The notes beneath the pieces were generated by a model, which worked only from the letters and a program-made list of their open reading frames with translations, was not told where the DNA came from and did no database searches. Positions 9,581 through 20,514 of a stretch of 64,000 nucleotides of DNA are shown in pieces. Each line of letters opens with the position of its first letter. Positions within the stretch are counted from its first letter, which is position 1. A program made the position numbers and the translations under genes. The stretch is from a virus (taxonomy: Duplodnaviria > Caudoviricetes). The DNA lies in IMG/VR virus record IMGVR_UViG_3300011008_000038, positions 1 through 64,000 of that record. One strand, given 5' to 3'.

Positions 9581-12500
9581 TTATCTTCCTGTAAGCATAT
9601 GTGTTATAGATCTTAATGATGATTTATTTGTTAAATCAATTGGTATATTATTTAAATTTCGATTTGTATTATTTACTCTTCCTTTATTTAATTCCTGTGG
9701 AAATTCTAATACAGGTTTAAAATCTTTTGAATTAATTTTTCCAAGTATATCGTTTGATGCTCCTGTATTGCCAACTACTTGTTGTAATAGTGATGATATT
9801 TGTGTCAATAGTTGAATACTTTGATTATCCATTTGAATATTCTTCTTAATATCAGGATTTTCGTCTACAATTTTCTTTACTCTTGATTCTAAAGTTTCTG
9901 GTAAAGTTGTAACCAATTTATCAACTTTAGATTTATCTTTAGATAAGAATTTTTCAGTGAGTTCAGAAAATCTTTTTTCTAAATAATCAGAATCATCATA
10001 TCTTTCTATATTCTTTCTTAATTCTTCTAATTTATTCTTACGATCATCAACTTTTGGAAGTTGTTGTTTAATATCATCTTTTATTGCTTTAGCCTTTAAA
10101 ATCATATCAAGATTATCACGATTTACAATCTTGGATAATGTAGAATTATTTTTAATAAAATTACTCGATAAGATTGTATCTTTTAATGCTGATTTAAGTG
10201 AAGCTTCATTATCAATTCTTTGTTGTTTATCACGATCCGTTTGAACAAAATTATTTATTGTTCCAGATACTAAATCCATCCAATCAAATCCTGGACCTCC
10301 AATATCAAACATTGATTCATATTCATTATCTGGGCCACCAATTTCAATTTGATATTTATCTGCTCTTGCTGCTATACTGGGTGCATAATTTCGTGCTTCA
10401 GCTGGAGGACTATCTTTAAGTTTACCAGTTTTTTTATCAATCACTTTAATAAATGTTCTTCCGCGTTTGATATATGATCTAACATTTCCTGGTCCCCAAT
10501 TATATGCCATTAAGGCATCCGATAAATTACCAAAATTTTTAATATTTTTAGACATATATCTAGCACCAGCATCAATACTAGCTCTAGGATCATACTCTCT
10601 TCCGGCTATTCCATAATCACGTGCAGCACTTGGAACAAATTGCATTAATCCTTTTGCACCAGCAGGACTTTTTGCATTTGGATCTCCACCTGATTCTTGT
10701 TCAATTTGACCCAATAATATTTTTACTGGATAATTATATTTATTGGCCGTTTCTATTATATATTGACCATGTTCATTAATTAATTTTTTCATTTTAGTTG
10801 TTAAATTAGATGTATCAATTTTACTATTATTACTAACAGGTGAAAATACAGTTTTTGGAGTTTTTGGTATTCCTGCAATTATTTGTTCATTTGTATTTTT
10901 ATCACCATTTTCATTTTTAACATCATCTGAATTCATTCCAAATAATAAAGCACCTAATCCACTTGTTTTCAAAAATCTATTTTTCAAATCTTCTATCCAA
11001 CCAAATAATCCACCCAATAAATTATTATCATCTTTAGCAGGAGCACTATAATTTTCCAATGAAGGATCATACAAACTTGAATTAATTGTTCCAAGAGGAT
11101 TAATATCCCATCCATAGTGTGATGCTAATGCTGTATTTTTTGTTGCATTTTTAGGTTTTGGAGCACCCTTCATATTAATCTGGTAGTGAAGGTGTGGACC
11201 AGATGAATGTCCTGTATTTCCTAACTCACCAATTTTTTGTCCAGGTACAACATGTTTACCATCAAGACCAGATGGAATTGTGTTAGGTGCTAAGTGCATA
11301 TATGAAACAGCATATTTCCCATCATCAGATATAAGTCTAACATAGTTTCCAGAATCAGGGAATGATGCATATGGTTTTTTCTCTCCACGTTTTTCCCAAT
11401 AACCAGTTTTTACATTATTATGAACTACTGTAGCTTTACCAGATATTGTAGATAATACTCCAATTCCAGATGATTTAGAACGATCATTATTTAATGCATT
11501 TTTAAGATTATCTGGTATACCAGCAATATCAATACCAGCATGATCTGGACGATCAGATGATCTATAAGGTGATGAAATCTTTAATTTCTGTGAGAGAGGC
11601 CAACCCCACTCGGCTGCTTGTTTTGGTTCTTCTTTATTCTCCGATTCTATATTAGTAGTGTTAGTAGTTGAAATAGTATTGATATTAGTTTTCTTAGAAT
11701 CATCTAATCGTATAATAGATTTGGGTGTATTTGAAGTTTGTAATGGCTGTTCATTTTGTGATAATCCCCATTTTTTAGCAAGACGATCTTTATAATCCTG
11801 ATCCATATATGAATATTGATTATTTAAATTTGAATAATTTATGTTAGTTAAATTTTCTTCATCTGAACCACCAATATCTTCAAAATTAGATAAATTTAAT
11901 TTATTTTCATCATCATATAATTTTATATCTTTAACATCATTTATAGATAAATCATGATCTAACAGAAAATCATTTAGTAATTCTTCTTGATGTTTTTTAT
12001 TATCGTCATGTATTTTTTGATATTTTGAATTTTCAAGCAATTTATTATATTCATTATATTTATTTTGTAATTGATCTTTAATCACTTTAGCTTTATCTTC
12101 AAAAAACATTCTTCTAGGTATTGCAGTAGATGATAATAATTTATGAGCCGGAGCATTATCATAGTAAGCGGATGATCCATATGAACCATTTATAGGAGTA
12201 TAAAAATCAGTAGTTAATGTTGTTCCACCATGATTGTATTCAGGTCTATCATCAACTAAGAAAAACATTCCATTTGGTAATCTATATAAATTAGGTTTAA
12301 ATAAATAGAGTTTATTTAATTCATCATTAGAAAATTCCTGAATTTGATCAACATTACCTGTCTCATCAGTAACAGTTTTAGTATTAATTGCAGTTTGAGC
12401 TTTGGTTAATTCATTACTAAATAATTTTTTATCACTATCACTAACAAAGTATGATAAACTCTGCTCATATAAATTTTTAGCAACATCCTGATGAAGTTTT

Positions 12501-15500
12501 ATTATAGTAGCTCTATCTTCAGGTGATTTTGCATGTTTAAGTGAAATATGTGCTCTTGCTACTAATTTATCCATAGCAATTTTATATTTTTCTAAATTGG
12601 AATTTGCTGATTTGTAATCTGTATCATATGATAATTCTTCTTTAAATTTTCCAGTTAAATTTTTTTCTTCGTATCGTTGAACACCATTTACCCACATATC
12701 ACCAGCTGTTCTTTGTGTCGACGCATTACCAAGTAGGTCATCTCTTAATCCAGTCTTTGTTCGAGTACCATCACTATTAGTAGTTTCCTCTTTACGATTT
12801 TCATATCTTTCAGCTGTTTCTTGAACACTTAATCCTAATTGTTCACTAATCCATTTTCGACCTCCCAATAATGCTAATGCTCCTCCTAAAATAGGCCAAC
12901 TATAAGGTATACCTAATAATATACCACCAATAGCTGCTTCAGCTGCACCAAATCCAATATCATCAAATGATGCACTTATCTTTTCCTTCCAATTTTTACT
13001 AGTAGATCCCCAAGTATTTTTTAAACCTATAATTGCATTTTTGAAACCAAGCCCAATAGTAGCAGCGCCTAAGCCAAGATGTCCTCCTAACGAAGAAGCT
13101 GTTCCTAAAATAGCTACATCTCCGATAAGTTCACTTGGATTTTCAACTAGGCTTGTTGGTAAATATTTATTTAGTGATTCAAGATTTTTCTTATCACCTG
13201 CCCATTCAGCAAATTTTTTCATACCATATGTAATAGCAGCACTTTTTAAGAAAAATTTACCCAATGTTCCAGATCCTACTAAGAAACTTAATCCAGAAGG
13301 TCCAGTTAGGATATTCTTTATATTACTAAATAATGATGATTTTTCTTCACCATCTTGTTTTTGTTTTTTATTATCTTTTTTTCCAAACCATCCCATTATT
13401 GAACTTATTCCTTGCACAATAGCATTAGTTTTCAAATTATCTTGTTTATTCATATTTGTCGTTCTAGAATGTCTTACGAAATTATTAAATAACGAAAGCA
13501 TTTTAGAAGTTGATGTACGTTTACTAGCAAGATTCTGAGCCATTTGTGTAACATTCTGAGCAGCTTTTGCATCCAATCCATCTTCTGCCCCGATAACTTG
13601 ACCCGCTAATGATGCAACTGCTCTTGCTTGTTCATTTTCATTATTTTCAGTTGCAGGACCACCAATATTTTGTTTATTCATTAATGCAGATATCTTTATT
13701 TTAGGTCCACCACTAATTGGTTCTGGTTTGTTACCTTCTATTGCACTCACAACTTCTTCTGTTACATTTTCTAACGTAGATGTTAATTTTGTAATATCTT
13801 CATGTAATGGAGCAACAGATTCTTTGACATTAGCAACATTATCAGAAATAGCTTCCTGTGAATTATTATCAGACTCTTCTAAACTTATTTGTTCAACTGG
13901 TTGTTCTCCACTAATAGCTTGATTTGCGTCAATAGTTCCTTCTTCATTACCTTTGGTAAATTTACCAATTCTCTTAGCAGCAAATCTAGTAGCCATTAGT
14001 CCAGCACCCAATAATGGATTTGCAGCAAATAATGCTAATGGTAATACATTTTTAGTAATAGTTCCAGCAGCACCAAATAATCCACCAAGTAAACCTTTTT
14101 CTTTAAACTTATCTAATCCAAGAAATTTTCCAATTCCTTTAAATATGCCACCAAAAGCTTTACCAATTCCACTCATTATCATTCTAGGAATATATAAAAG
14201 AATATCTTTAGCTTTTGTAAGAAATTTACCTACTTCGGGAAATTGTTCAGCAAACCAATCTTTTATTCTGGTAAAACCTTCACCAATTCCTTTAAAATGA
14301 TCTTTAATCTCATCTAGTGCTGTACCAAAAACATCACGAACTTTTCCAGCTGCAAAACCAAATGCATTATGGATTTTATCAAATATAGATTCTTTATCAT
14401 TTTTACCATAAAGCATTCTCATATAAAGAACTTGACCCAAATTCTTAAATGGTGTTATATAGTAATTAAATAATCCAACTCCAACATTTTTAAGAATATC
14501 TCCAACTCCATTAAGTACTGTATCTTTTAGAGCCGTTGTATAAGGTTTTAAAATACCATCTTTATCTTTAGCATTTTTTTCGCCAAATAAGAGAGTTGAT
14601 ACATGATCATCTACATTTATTCGTGAAGCTAAATTTCCAATACCAGCTGCAATTACACCAGCAAGTGGACCTCCCATAATTAATCCAAGTATTCCACCAG
14701 TGATTGTTGAAGTTTTAACCGATGCTCTTCTATAACCTTCTTCTATAGCTAATTTTTGTAGTTTTTTAAAATCAGTATCTTTTTCTAAATTATTACCTTC
14801 TTCTTTTAATTTCTTTTGCTCATTAGCTTGTGAAATAACATAATCTCTAGTACTAGCAGAAGTTTTCGTCTCATCTTCTTCGGGTCCACCAGATGGAAGT
14901 ATATTTTGTTCATAGTGTAAATGATCTCCAGTTGATCTTCCCGATGATCCTGTTCTTCCGATAATATCTCCTACTTCAACTTTATCACCAATTTGGAGAT
15001 CTGTAGAATTCGGTTCCATGTGCATATATGAAGTTGATATTGTATCTTCGGGTCCACCTTTAGATTGTATTTCTACAAAATTACCTGTACTTGGATATTT
15101 TCCTTTATATGAATCTAAGTCACCATTATTTTCTGGAACATTTTTCAATATATCAGAAACAATTCCTGATTGTTGTGAAATAATTGGTGTATGTTTTGAT
15201 CCATCAGCCGCTGTTAAATCTGTACCGGTGTGAAAATCTAATTTTCCATCAAACATTCTATACCCAGGAGTAGAAGTTACAATAGCTTCTTTATCCAACG
15301 GATTTGTTAAATCTTCGGGTCCACCTTGTTTTTTATTAAATATAGAAGTACCTTTTTGAAATTTGGCTAAATTAATAAGTCCTTGAAATTCATCTTCATC
15401 ACCTAATTCACTAATTGAATCTTTTAAGCTATCAATATTTGCAACTCTATCATCAAATTGATATGATGTTTCATCTATTTTACTAGCACTTAAATCATTA

Positions 15501-18196
15501 ATTAATGAATTCTCTAAATATTTTAAAAAATTATTATAAACAGCTTTTGATTTACTTTCTTTAAGTTCTTTTGTATTAGTAGTATCAACTTCAAAAGCTT
15601 CACTAAGTCCAGCTTCTTCAAATGATTTTTCAACAGTAGTTTTCGCTTCAAGAAACTTTTGTTTTAATTCTTCTAATGTTTTATTCCTATCATCTAATTC
15701 TTCTTCAGTCATATTTTCTGTTGATTTCTTAGCAAACGAATCATATGTTAGTGCAGCTTTCTGATAAGTATCAAATAATTTAGCATATTCTTTTTCTTGT
15801 TCTACAAGTTGATCAGTTGCTTCATGAGGTCCTCTGTATTTGTCAATATAAGTTCCAAAACCTTTAAATGTATTATTTCCGAATATTTCATCTTTACCAT
15901 CAGCATTCCAATATTCTTTAACTTGTTTAAATATATTTCTGAATTCTCTCTTGGTTTTATCTGAGTTTCCCTGCATTAAAGCACCGAAGATTTTACCTAA
16001 ATGATTTTTTGCAAATCTTCCATATCGTTGTCCAACATTTAGATCTTCTCCATCTGCATTAAGTAATAAATTTCTTTCATTTTCTTGTTTAATTTTATTT
16101 TTATTTAATACTTCAAACATTTCAAATGGATCAGATTTATTGTCTTTCCATCTTTCTTCCGTAATTTGTTCTGGAGTCTTTTCTTCTGTTTGATTTTCTT
16201 CTTCATCTATCATCAGATCTCTAACTGTTTTAATGGCATTTGTTGCTAAAGTAGATGATGATGAAACACGAGTTATTGTTAATGGATGATATCCTTCAGG
16301 TGTATCCAATAAATTATTAGTATCAAATTCATTAGTTCTGTATCCTGTTTCACCTTTGGAATATTCTCCAACTTTAAATACATTGATACCAATATTTATT
16401 TTTCTATATATTTCATATAATGCTTTACTAATATAATCTAATGGACTAAGTAATGAATCAGCGAATGATATTTTTTCGGGAGATATATTTTCTGAGTTTT
16501 CTTTCTCTTCTTCTGTTTGATTTTCTTTATATACGACTCCATTTTGTAATGATAGTAGTCTTCTCCCAATATCATTAGATTGATTTTTATCAAAAATCCA
16601 TTTTGTATCAATATCATATATATTTTCTCTAATATTCTCAGCATCCAATAAGCTATTTGATTCTAACTTTTGTTTCTGGACACTTTTGAACAAATCAAAA
16701 TATGCATCATCTGCGTTAGCTAATGTATTTGAAACTCTTCCACTAAATGATGTGATAGCTCTTTGGAGAACGGGATCAATATCAACATTTCCTAATGCGG
16801 TTGTACGAATATATCTTTCCAGATTTCTTGGATCATTAAATTCTCCAATAGTACTGGATAAATCCATTTCATTCATTAATGATTGCATTAGCATTTCAGT
16901 AATGTATTTATCTTTTTTACTAATCGATCCAGATTTATTTCCAGCTATAGCATTTATTAAAGTATCAGATAAAGAACTCATGGTATCAGTATTTGTTAAA
17001 TTCATCATGATGGTTTTTCGCATTTCATCTGCTGTAGAAAACGTTCTTTTCTGATAATCATATTTAACATCTTTCCCACCGAGAGCAACTAAAATCTGTT
17101 GGAGATAGCCTGGAATTGTATTGACTATAGCTTCTCTAGTAATCCCATCAAATGGTACTGGTCCAACTTCAATACTTTTTCTATTCGGAGCGTATGAATC
17201 TTTTTCTGGATCTATACCAAAAATACCTGCTATTGTTTTTAATAATCCGCCATTTCCATTCTTGCCATAATTTCCAAGTGCAAGAAGTCCATCCATAATA
17301 GCCTGGTTAAGACTCTTATCAAGCTCTCCCATAACTTTTCCAATGTTTGGTAAGAAGTGATTCATTCCCAATGAAAAAGCACTACTAACCAAAAAGTCTC
17401 TGCTGAGAAATTGCTTCATAGCTAGATCATTATCTAGAAAAGTACTTATTATTTGTAATGAACCAAGCATCTGAGCAATCGTAGGATTTTTATATAAATT
17501 ATCTTGTAATATTTTTTGATACTTATCGAAATTAAATTGTCCAGATCCAAGGAAAGCATCAGTATGTCTATCAGGACCACTAACATCTTGGTTCTTATTA
17601 TTTAGAGCATTTGCTGCTATGGTAGCTTCAACCAAACTACTAGTATTTTTAGTTGTTATTTCTAATAATTTATTTAAAATTTCATTAGTTTGTGAGAATC
17701 CTTCAGCTATAGTTTTAGTTTGAGAATCAATTGAAGTTATCATAGTTGCTGAAGCAGCAATTGATGTTTCAGCTAATTTATGAGAACTTGAAACAACTGA
17801 TTTAGCAATTTTATTAGCAGATTTTGCTTCTTCTGTAATAGTTACATTTGCTAATTCATCATTATTTTCAGAATCATCTGTCGAATCAATTGAAAAATTG
17901 CTTTCAAAATCACCCAAACCAAAATCATCTAACTCAGATTCTTCCTTTGTGAACCAACCTAGAATTTTTCTAAAACTTAATTCTCGTGTGATCATTCTAT
18001 AAATCTGAGTTGTTTGTTTCAATCCTTGTCCAATTAATTCAGTACCTTTATTAATACTATTCATCAATCCTTTTGCATTGTTAACGGTATTAGGCATAGC
18101 CTCTGTAAAATAACTTGATAATGCCATACCTGTCATGGATAATGAATTATTTATTATATTCATTGCTGTACTTGTTTTAGTTTTTATTTGTGGCAT
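9581..18196 (-). CDS. Giant virion lytic / tape-measure-like protein with two M23 peptidase domains and a C-terminal SLT lytic transglycosylase
   Basis: M23-1: HTGTDL...YMHM...STGDHLHYE (about 14900-15300). M23-2: HAGIDIAG...YMHL...SSGPHLHYQI (about 11180-11545). SLT: QIEQESGG...GLMQF...GARYM...AYNWGPG (about 10490-10710). Long Gly/Ala-rich helical central region. Confidence 0.85.
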   Translation of the reverse strand: MPQIKTKTSTAMNIINNSLSMTGMALSSYFTEAMPNTVNNAKGLMNSINKGTELIGQGLKQTTQIYRMITRELSFRKILGWFTKEESELDDFGLGDFESNFSIDSTDDSENNDELANVTITEEAKSANKIAKSVVSSSHKLAETSIAASATMITSIDSQTKTIAEGFSQTNEILNKLLEITTKNTSSLVEATIAANALNNKNQDVSGPDRHTDAFLGSGQFNFDKYQKILQDNLYKNPTIAQMLGSLQIISTFLDNDLAMKQFLSRDFLVSSAFSLGMNHFLPNIGKVMGELDKSLNQAIMDGLLALGNYGKNGNGGLLKTIAGIFGIDPEKDSYAPNRKSIEVGPVPFDGITREAIVNTIPGYLQQILVALGGKDVKYDYQKRTFSTADEMRKTIMMNLTNTDTMSSLSDTLINAIAGNKSGSISKKDKYITEMLMQSLMNEMDLSSTIGEFNDPRNLERYIRTTALGNVDIDPVLQRAITSFSGRVSNTLANADDAYFDLFKSVQKQKLESNSLLDAENIRENIYDIDTKWIFDKNQSNDIGRRLLSLQNGVVYKENQTEEEKENSENISPEKISFADSLLSPLDYISKALYEIYRKINIGINVFKVGEYSKGETGYRTNEFDTNNLLDTPEGYHPLTITRVSSSSTLATNAIKTVRDLMIDEEENQTEEKTPEQITEERWKDNKSDPFEMFEVLNKNKIKQENERNLLLNADGEDLNVGQRYGRFAKNHLGKIFGALMQGNSDKTKREFRNIFKQVKEYWNADGKDEIFGNNTFKGFGTYIDKYRGPHEATDQLVEQEKEYAKLFDTYQKAALTYDSFAKKSTENMTEEELDDRNKTLEELKQKFLEAKTTVEKSFEEAGLSEAFEVDTTNTKELKESKSKAVYNNFLKYLENSLINDLSASKIDETSYQFDDRVANIDSLKDSISELGDEDEFQGLINLAKFQKGTSIFNKKQGGPEDLTNPLDKEAIVTSTPGYRMFDGKLDFHTGTDLTAADGSKHTPIISQQSGIVSDILKNVPENNGDLDSYKGKYPSTGNFVEIQSKGGPEDTISTSYMHMEPNSTDLQIGDKVEVGDIIGRTGSSGRSTGDHLHYEQNILPSGGPEEDETKTSASTRDYVISQANEQKKLKEEGNNLEKDTDFKKLQKLAIEEGYRRASVKTSTITGGILGLIMGGPLAGVIAAGIGNLASRINVDDHVSTLLFGEKNAKDKDGILKPYTTALKDTVLNGVGDILKNVGVGLFNYYITPFKNLGQVLYMRMLYGKNDKESIFDKIHNAFGFAAGKVRDVFGTALDEIKDHFKGIGEGFTRIKDWFAEQFPEVGKFLTKAKDILLYIPRMIMSGIGKAFGGIFKGIGKFLGLDKFKEKGLLGGLFGAAGTITKNVLPLALFAANPLLGAGLMATRFAAKRIGKFTKGNEEGTIDANQAISGEQPVEQISLEESDNNSQEAISDNVANVKESVAPLHEDITKLTSTLENVTEEVVSAIEGNKPEPISGGPKIKISALMNKQNIGGPATENNENEQARAVASLAGQVIGAEDGLDAKAAQNVTQMAQNLASKRTSTSKMLSLFNNFVRHSRTTNMNKQDNLKTNAIVQGISSIMGWFGKKDNKKQKQDGEEKSSLFSNIKNILTGPSGLSFLVGSGTLGKFFLKSAAITYGMKKFAEWAGDKKNLESLNKYLPTSLVENPSELIGDVAILGTASSLGGHLGLGAATIGLGFKNAIIGLKNTWGSTSKNWKEKISASFDDIGFGAAEAAIGGILLGIPYSWPILGGALALLGGRKWISEQLGLSVQETAERYENRKEETTNSDGTRTKTGLRDDLLGNASTQRTAGDMWVNGVQRYEEKNLTGKFKEELSYDTDYKSANSNLEKYKIAMDKLVARAHISLKHAKSPEDRATIIKLHQDVAKNLYEQSLSYFVSDSDKKLFSNELTKAQTAINTKTVTDETGNVDQIQEFSNDELNKLYLFKPNLYRLPNGMFFLVDDRPEYNHGGTTLTTDFYTPINGSYGSSAYYDNAPAHKLLSSTAIPRRMFFEDKAKVIKDQLQNKYNEYNKLLENSKYQKIHDDNKKHQEELLNDFLLDHDLSINDVKDIKLYDDENKLNLSNFEDIGGSDEENLTNINYSNLNNQYSYMDQDYKDRLAKKWGLSQNEQPLQTSNTPKSIIRLDDSKKTNINTISTTNTTNIESENKEEPKQAAEWGWPLSQKLKISSPYRSSDRPDHAGIDIAGIPDNLKNALNNDRSKSSGIGVLSTISGKATVVHNNVKTGYWEKRGEKKPYASFPDSGNYVRLISDDGKYAVSYMHLAPNTIPSGLDGKHVVPGQKIGELGNTGHSSGPHLHYQINMKGAPKPKNATKNTALASHYGWDINPLGTINSSLYDPSLENYSAPAKDDNNLLGGLFGWIEDLKNRFLKTSGLGALLFGMNSDDVKNENGDKNTNEQIIAGIPKTPKTVFSPVSNNSKIDTSNLTTKMKKLINEHGQYIIETANKYNYPVKILLGQIEQESGGDPNAKSPAGAKGLMQFVPSAARDYGIAGREYDPRASIDAGARYMSKNIKNFGNLSDALMAYNWGPGNVRSYIKRGRTFIKVIDKKTGKLKDSPPAEARNYAPSIAARADKYQIEIGGPDNEYESMFDIGGPGFDWMDLVSGTINNFVQTDRDKQQRIDNEASLKSALKDTILSSNFIKNNSTLSKIVNRDNLDMILKAKAIKDDIKQQLPKVDDRKNKLEELRKNIERYDDSDYLEKRFSELTEKFLSKDKSKVDKLVTTLPETLESRVKKIVDENPDIKKNIQMDNQSIQLLTQISSLLQQVVGNTGASNDILGKINSKDFKPVLEFPQELNKGRVNNTNRNLNNIPIDLTNKSSLRSITHMLTGR
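14877..15327 (-). repeat. Three identical 14-bp direct repeats TCTTCGGGTCCACC encoding GGPE-D/E
   Basis: Copies at 14877-14890, 15045-15058 and 15312-15325; the last two share 17 bp. Confidence 0.85.
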
Positions 18197-18295
18197 AATA
18201 AAGTCACCAACTTCTGTTGTAAAATATTATATAATTCAGTAATTAATTATTTGGTGGATCGAAGGGGTTATTTATAGAATGACCTAGATTATGAT

Positions 18296-18305
18296 TATAT
18301 ATTAT
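18296..18305 (+). promoter_or_regulatory. Candidate phage promoter element TATATATTAT
   Basis: 35 bp upstream of the 18340 start, in the correct orientation. Confidence 0.4.
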
Positions 18306-18339
18306 ATATGTATAAAAATAGAAAGGAGTAATAATTATT

Positions 18340-18738
18340 ATGATTACTAATGAATTATTCTTTGATGATTTTGAAGAATTGGATATTCTTGAGGAAAATT
18401 CATGTCCAAATGAAAAACATTCGAAGCTTGGACGAAATAAGTATACAAGAAAAATGAAAAAGAATTCAAAGGAAACAAAGTTATTCAATAATATTAATAA
18501 TTTTTACACCTATAGAAGTAAATGGTTCACATCAAAAGATGGGAAACATTCAACAGTTGATTATCTTCCAAACATATTAGGAAGTGGAATATACATCAGA
18601 GGCACAAGAACTGGACTTCGTGGCTTCTATAAAAGACAAGCTGCGAAGAAAGTTCGCAAACAACTTAAAGATGATTTTTTCAACACTGGTAATACATACA
18701 AAAAGATTTATGGTACTATCAATTATATGTTAATATAG
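18340..18738 (+). CDS. Small basic hypothetical protein
   Basis: 132 aa, AAAGGAG SD, YKRQAAKKVRK...GNTYKK motif; followed by a hairpin. Confidence 0.75.
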   Translation: MITNELFFDDFEELDILEENSCPNEKHSKLGRNKYTRKMKKNSKETKLFNNINNFYTYRSKWFTSKDGKHSTVDYLPNILGSGIYIRGTRTGLRGFYKRQAAKKVRKQLKDDFFNTGNTYKKIYGTINYMLI

Positions 18739-18741
18739 AAT

Positions 18742-18770
18742 ATATTGGAGGTTTTGACAACCTCCAATAT
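18742..18770 (+). terminator. Hairpin terminator
   Basis: ATATTGGAGGTT-TTGAC-AACCTCCAATAT. Confidence 0.7.
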
Positions 18771-18811
18771 TATTCTTTATTATAAATTCAAATACAAAGG
18801 AGAATGTAATT

Positions 18812-19444
18812 ATGAACAGATTCAATATTTTCGAAAATGGGATAACGAAGGTTTCGTTATCAATACGAAACCACGAAAGCGCAATGAAACTCAAAAAGTT
18901 TCTTGAAGAATTATCAGATGTTCAGATCAACAAATTTGAATCAAAACAAATTTGGGTACCGGTGACATTTGACGATGTCTACCAAACAATTTTGAATAAG
19001 TTTATCAACATTGCACATCAACGTCGACAGAATTTGAAGGAGGTTGTTATTCGCTATTCAAATTGCGACTCGACGGGATACAAGATTTACTTTTCAGATG
19101 ATGCTGAAGAAGATCTTCAGTCCCTCAATATCGAATATATGAATTTCGATAAAGAAGAATTGATGTTATTCAAAATCTTCAAACGAATTTCGAAATATCA
19201 AATCAAATTATATAAATCTGATTTGTATGCAGAGCCAGAAGAGAAGACAAACGTTCTCAACACAAGGTTATTTAAAGTTGAGAAAGTTTTCCATAAGAAA
19301 AAATTGGAAAATGAAACGTTCGATGAAACAATTGAACGTGTTATAAGGCAAGCCAGTTCTGATGAAATACTATCAGACAGTTTTACAATGGTTATGGGAG
19401 ATCGACTAGCATGTGCTATTGATCTTATGGATTTTGATCAATAA
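18812..19444 (+). CDS. Hypothetical protein
   Basis: 210 aa, AAAGGAG SD. Confidence 0.75.
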   Translation: MNRFNIFENGITKVSLSIRNHESAMKLKKFLEELSDVQINKFESKQIWVPVTFDDVYQTILNKFINIAHQRRQNLKEVVIRYSNCDSTGYKIYFSDDAEEDLQSLNIEYMNFDKEELMLFKIFKRISKYQIKLYKSDLYAEPEEKTNVLNTRLFKVEKVFHKKKLENETFDETIERVIRQASSDEILSDSFTMVMGDRLACAIDLMDFDQ

Positions 19445-19482
19445 ATATTTATGGGAGTTCGTAAGGAACTCCCATAAATATT
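19444..19482. terminator. Bidirectional hairpin terminator between convergent genes
   Basis: AATATTTATGGGAGTTC-GTAAG-GAACTCCCATAAATATT. Confidence 0.75.
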
Positions 19483-19495
19483 ATTAATTTATTTT

Positions 19496-20458
19496 TTATA
19501 TTAATTTTTCTAATTCAGGTTTTATATTTTTTATTCCCTTTGAATCTTTAACAACATCAGATGATGTAACACTAATTATATTATTTCCACTTAATAAAGC
19601 AATTACCATGAAAATAAAATATTCAATATTATCAGCGGCTAATAAAGCTGGTGAATAGTAAAAATTATTCCAAGCGTTTAAAAACGTTCCTAATTGGAGA
19701 GTTCTCATTCTTGGAGTTGAATTATTAATTATTTCCAATAGATGAGATAATTTTTCAACATTAGCTTTATCATAAATTTGTTGATTTTGTGTAGCTGTTA
19801 CTTCATCAACATATCTGTATGTACTAGTACAAAGTTTTTCAATGTTTTCTTTATTATCAGCTGATTCAAATACTCTTTCCAAAAAAAATCGATTTATCCA
19901 GTATTGGACAGAATCGAATAACTTTTTATCTGCTCCTATGGAATATTCTCTATTAATTACTCTCATAAATAATTTAGAGTATATTTCCATAAAAGTTTTT
20001 GCTAAAAATTGATTACTTGATAATCTTCTATAATCATTTTTAATTCCATTGCTAATGATTCCAGATATTAAAAAATCTCTCAAGATAGCTGCTTGAATAT
20101 TTAATATTCCATCTCTACTAGTGGTTATAAATCTATCAGCAAAGATATAAGTAACATATCCAGATGATTGTTTAAACGTTAGAAATGGAATTGCTTGAGT
20201 TAAAGATATTTTAGGATTGGGATTATAAACTAAAACAACCTTTCCATTATCAAATGCTTTAATTCCAGCTCGTGTTAAATTATCACTCATTTGTCTTAAT
20301 GTAAGATAAGATGTTTCAATATCTTCAGAACTTAAATGTTTACAAGTTTTAATTAATTCTATTGCACGTTCTTTAGCAGATCTTCCACCAAGATTATTTA
20401 TTCCATTCCATATTTCAGAATTTGTTAGTGTTGATTCTCTTAAAAATTGTATTGCCAT
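19496..20458 (-). CDS. Hypothetical protein (mainly helical)
   Basis: 320 aa, GAGGTG SD; no recognised motif. Confidence 0.75.
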   Translation of the reverse strand: MAIQFLRESTLTNSEIWNGINNLGGRSAKERAIELIKTCKHLSSEDIETSYLTLRQMSDNLTRAGIKAFDNGKVVLVYNPNPKISLTQAIPFLTFKQSSGYVTYIFADRFITTSRDGILNIQAAILRDFLISGIISNGIKNDYRRLSSNQFLAKTFMEIYSKLFMRVINREYSIGADKKLFDSVQYWINRFFLERVFESADNKENIEKLCTSTYRYVDEVTATQNQQIYDKANVEKLSHLLEIINNSTPRMRTLQLGTFLNAWNNFYYSPALLAADNIEYFIFMVIALLSGNNIISVTSSDVVKDSKGIKNIKPELEKLI

Positions 20459-20514
20459 AAATATTCACCTCATTAAATTAATAATATAAGATATTAATCA
20501 AAAGTGGGATATTT

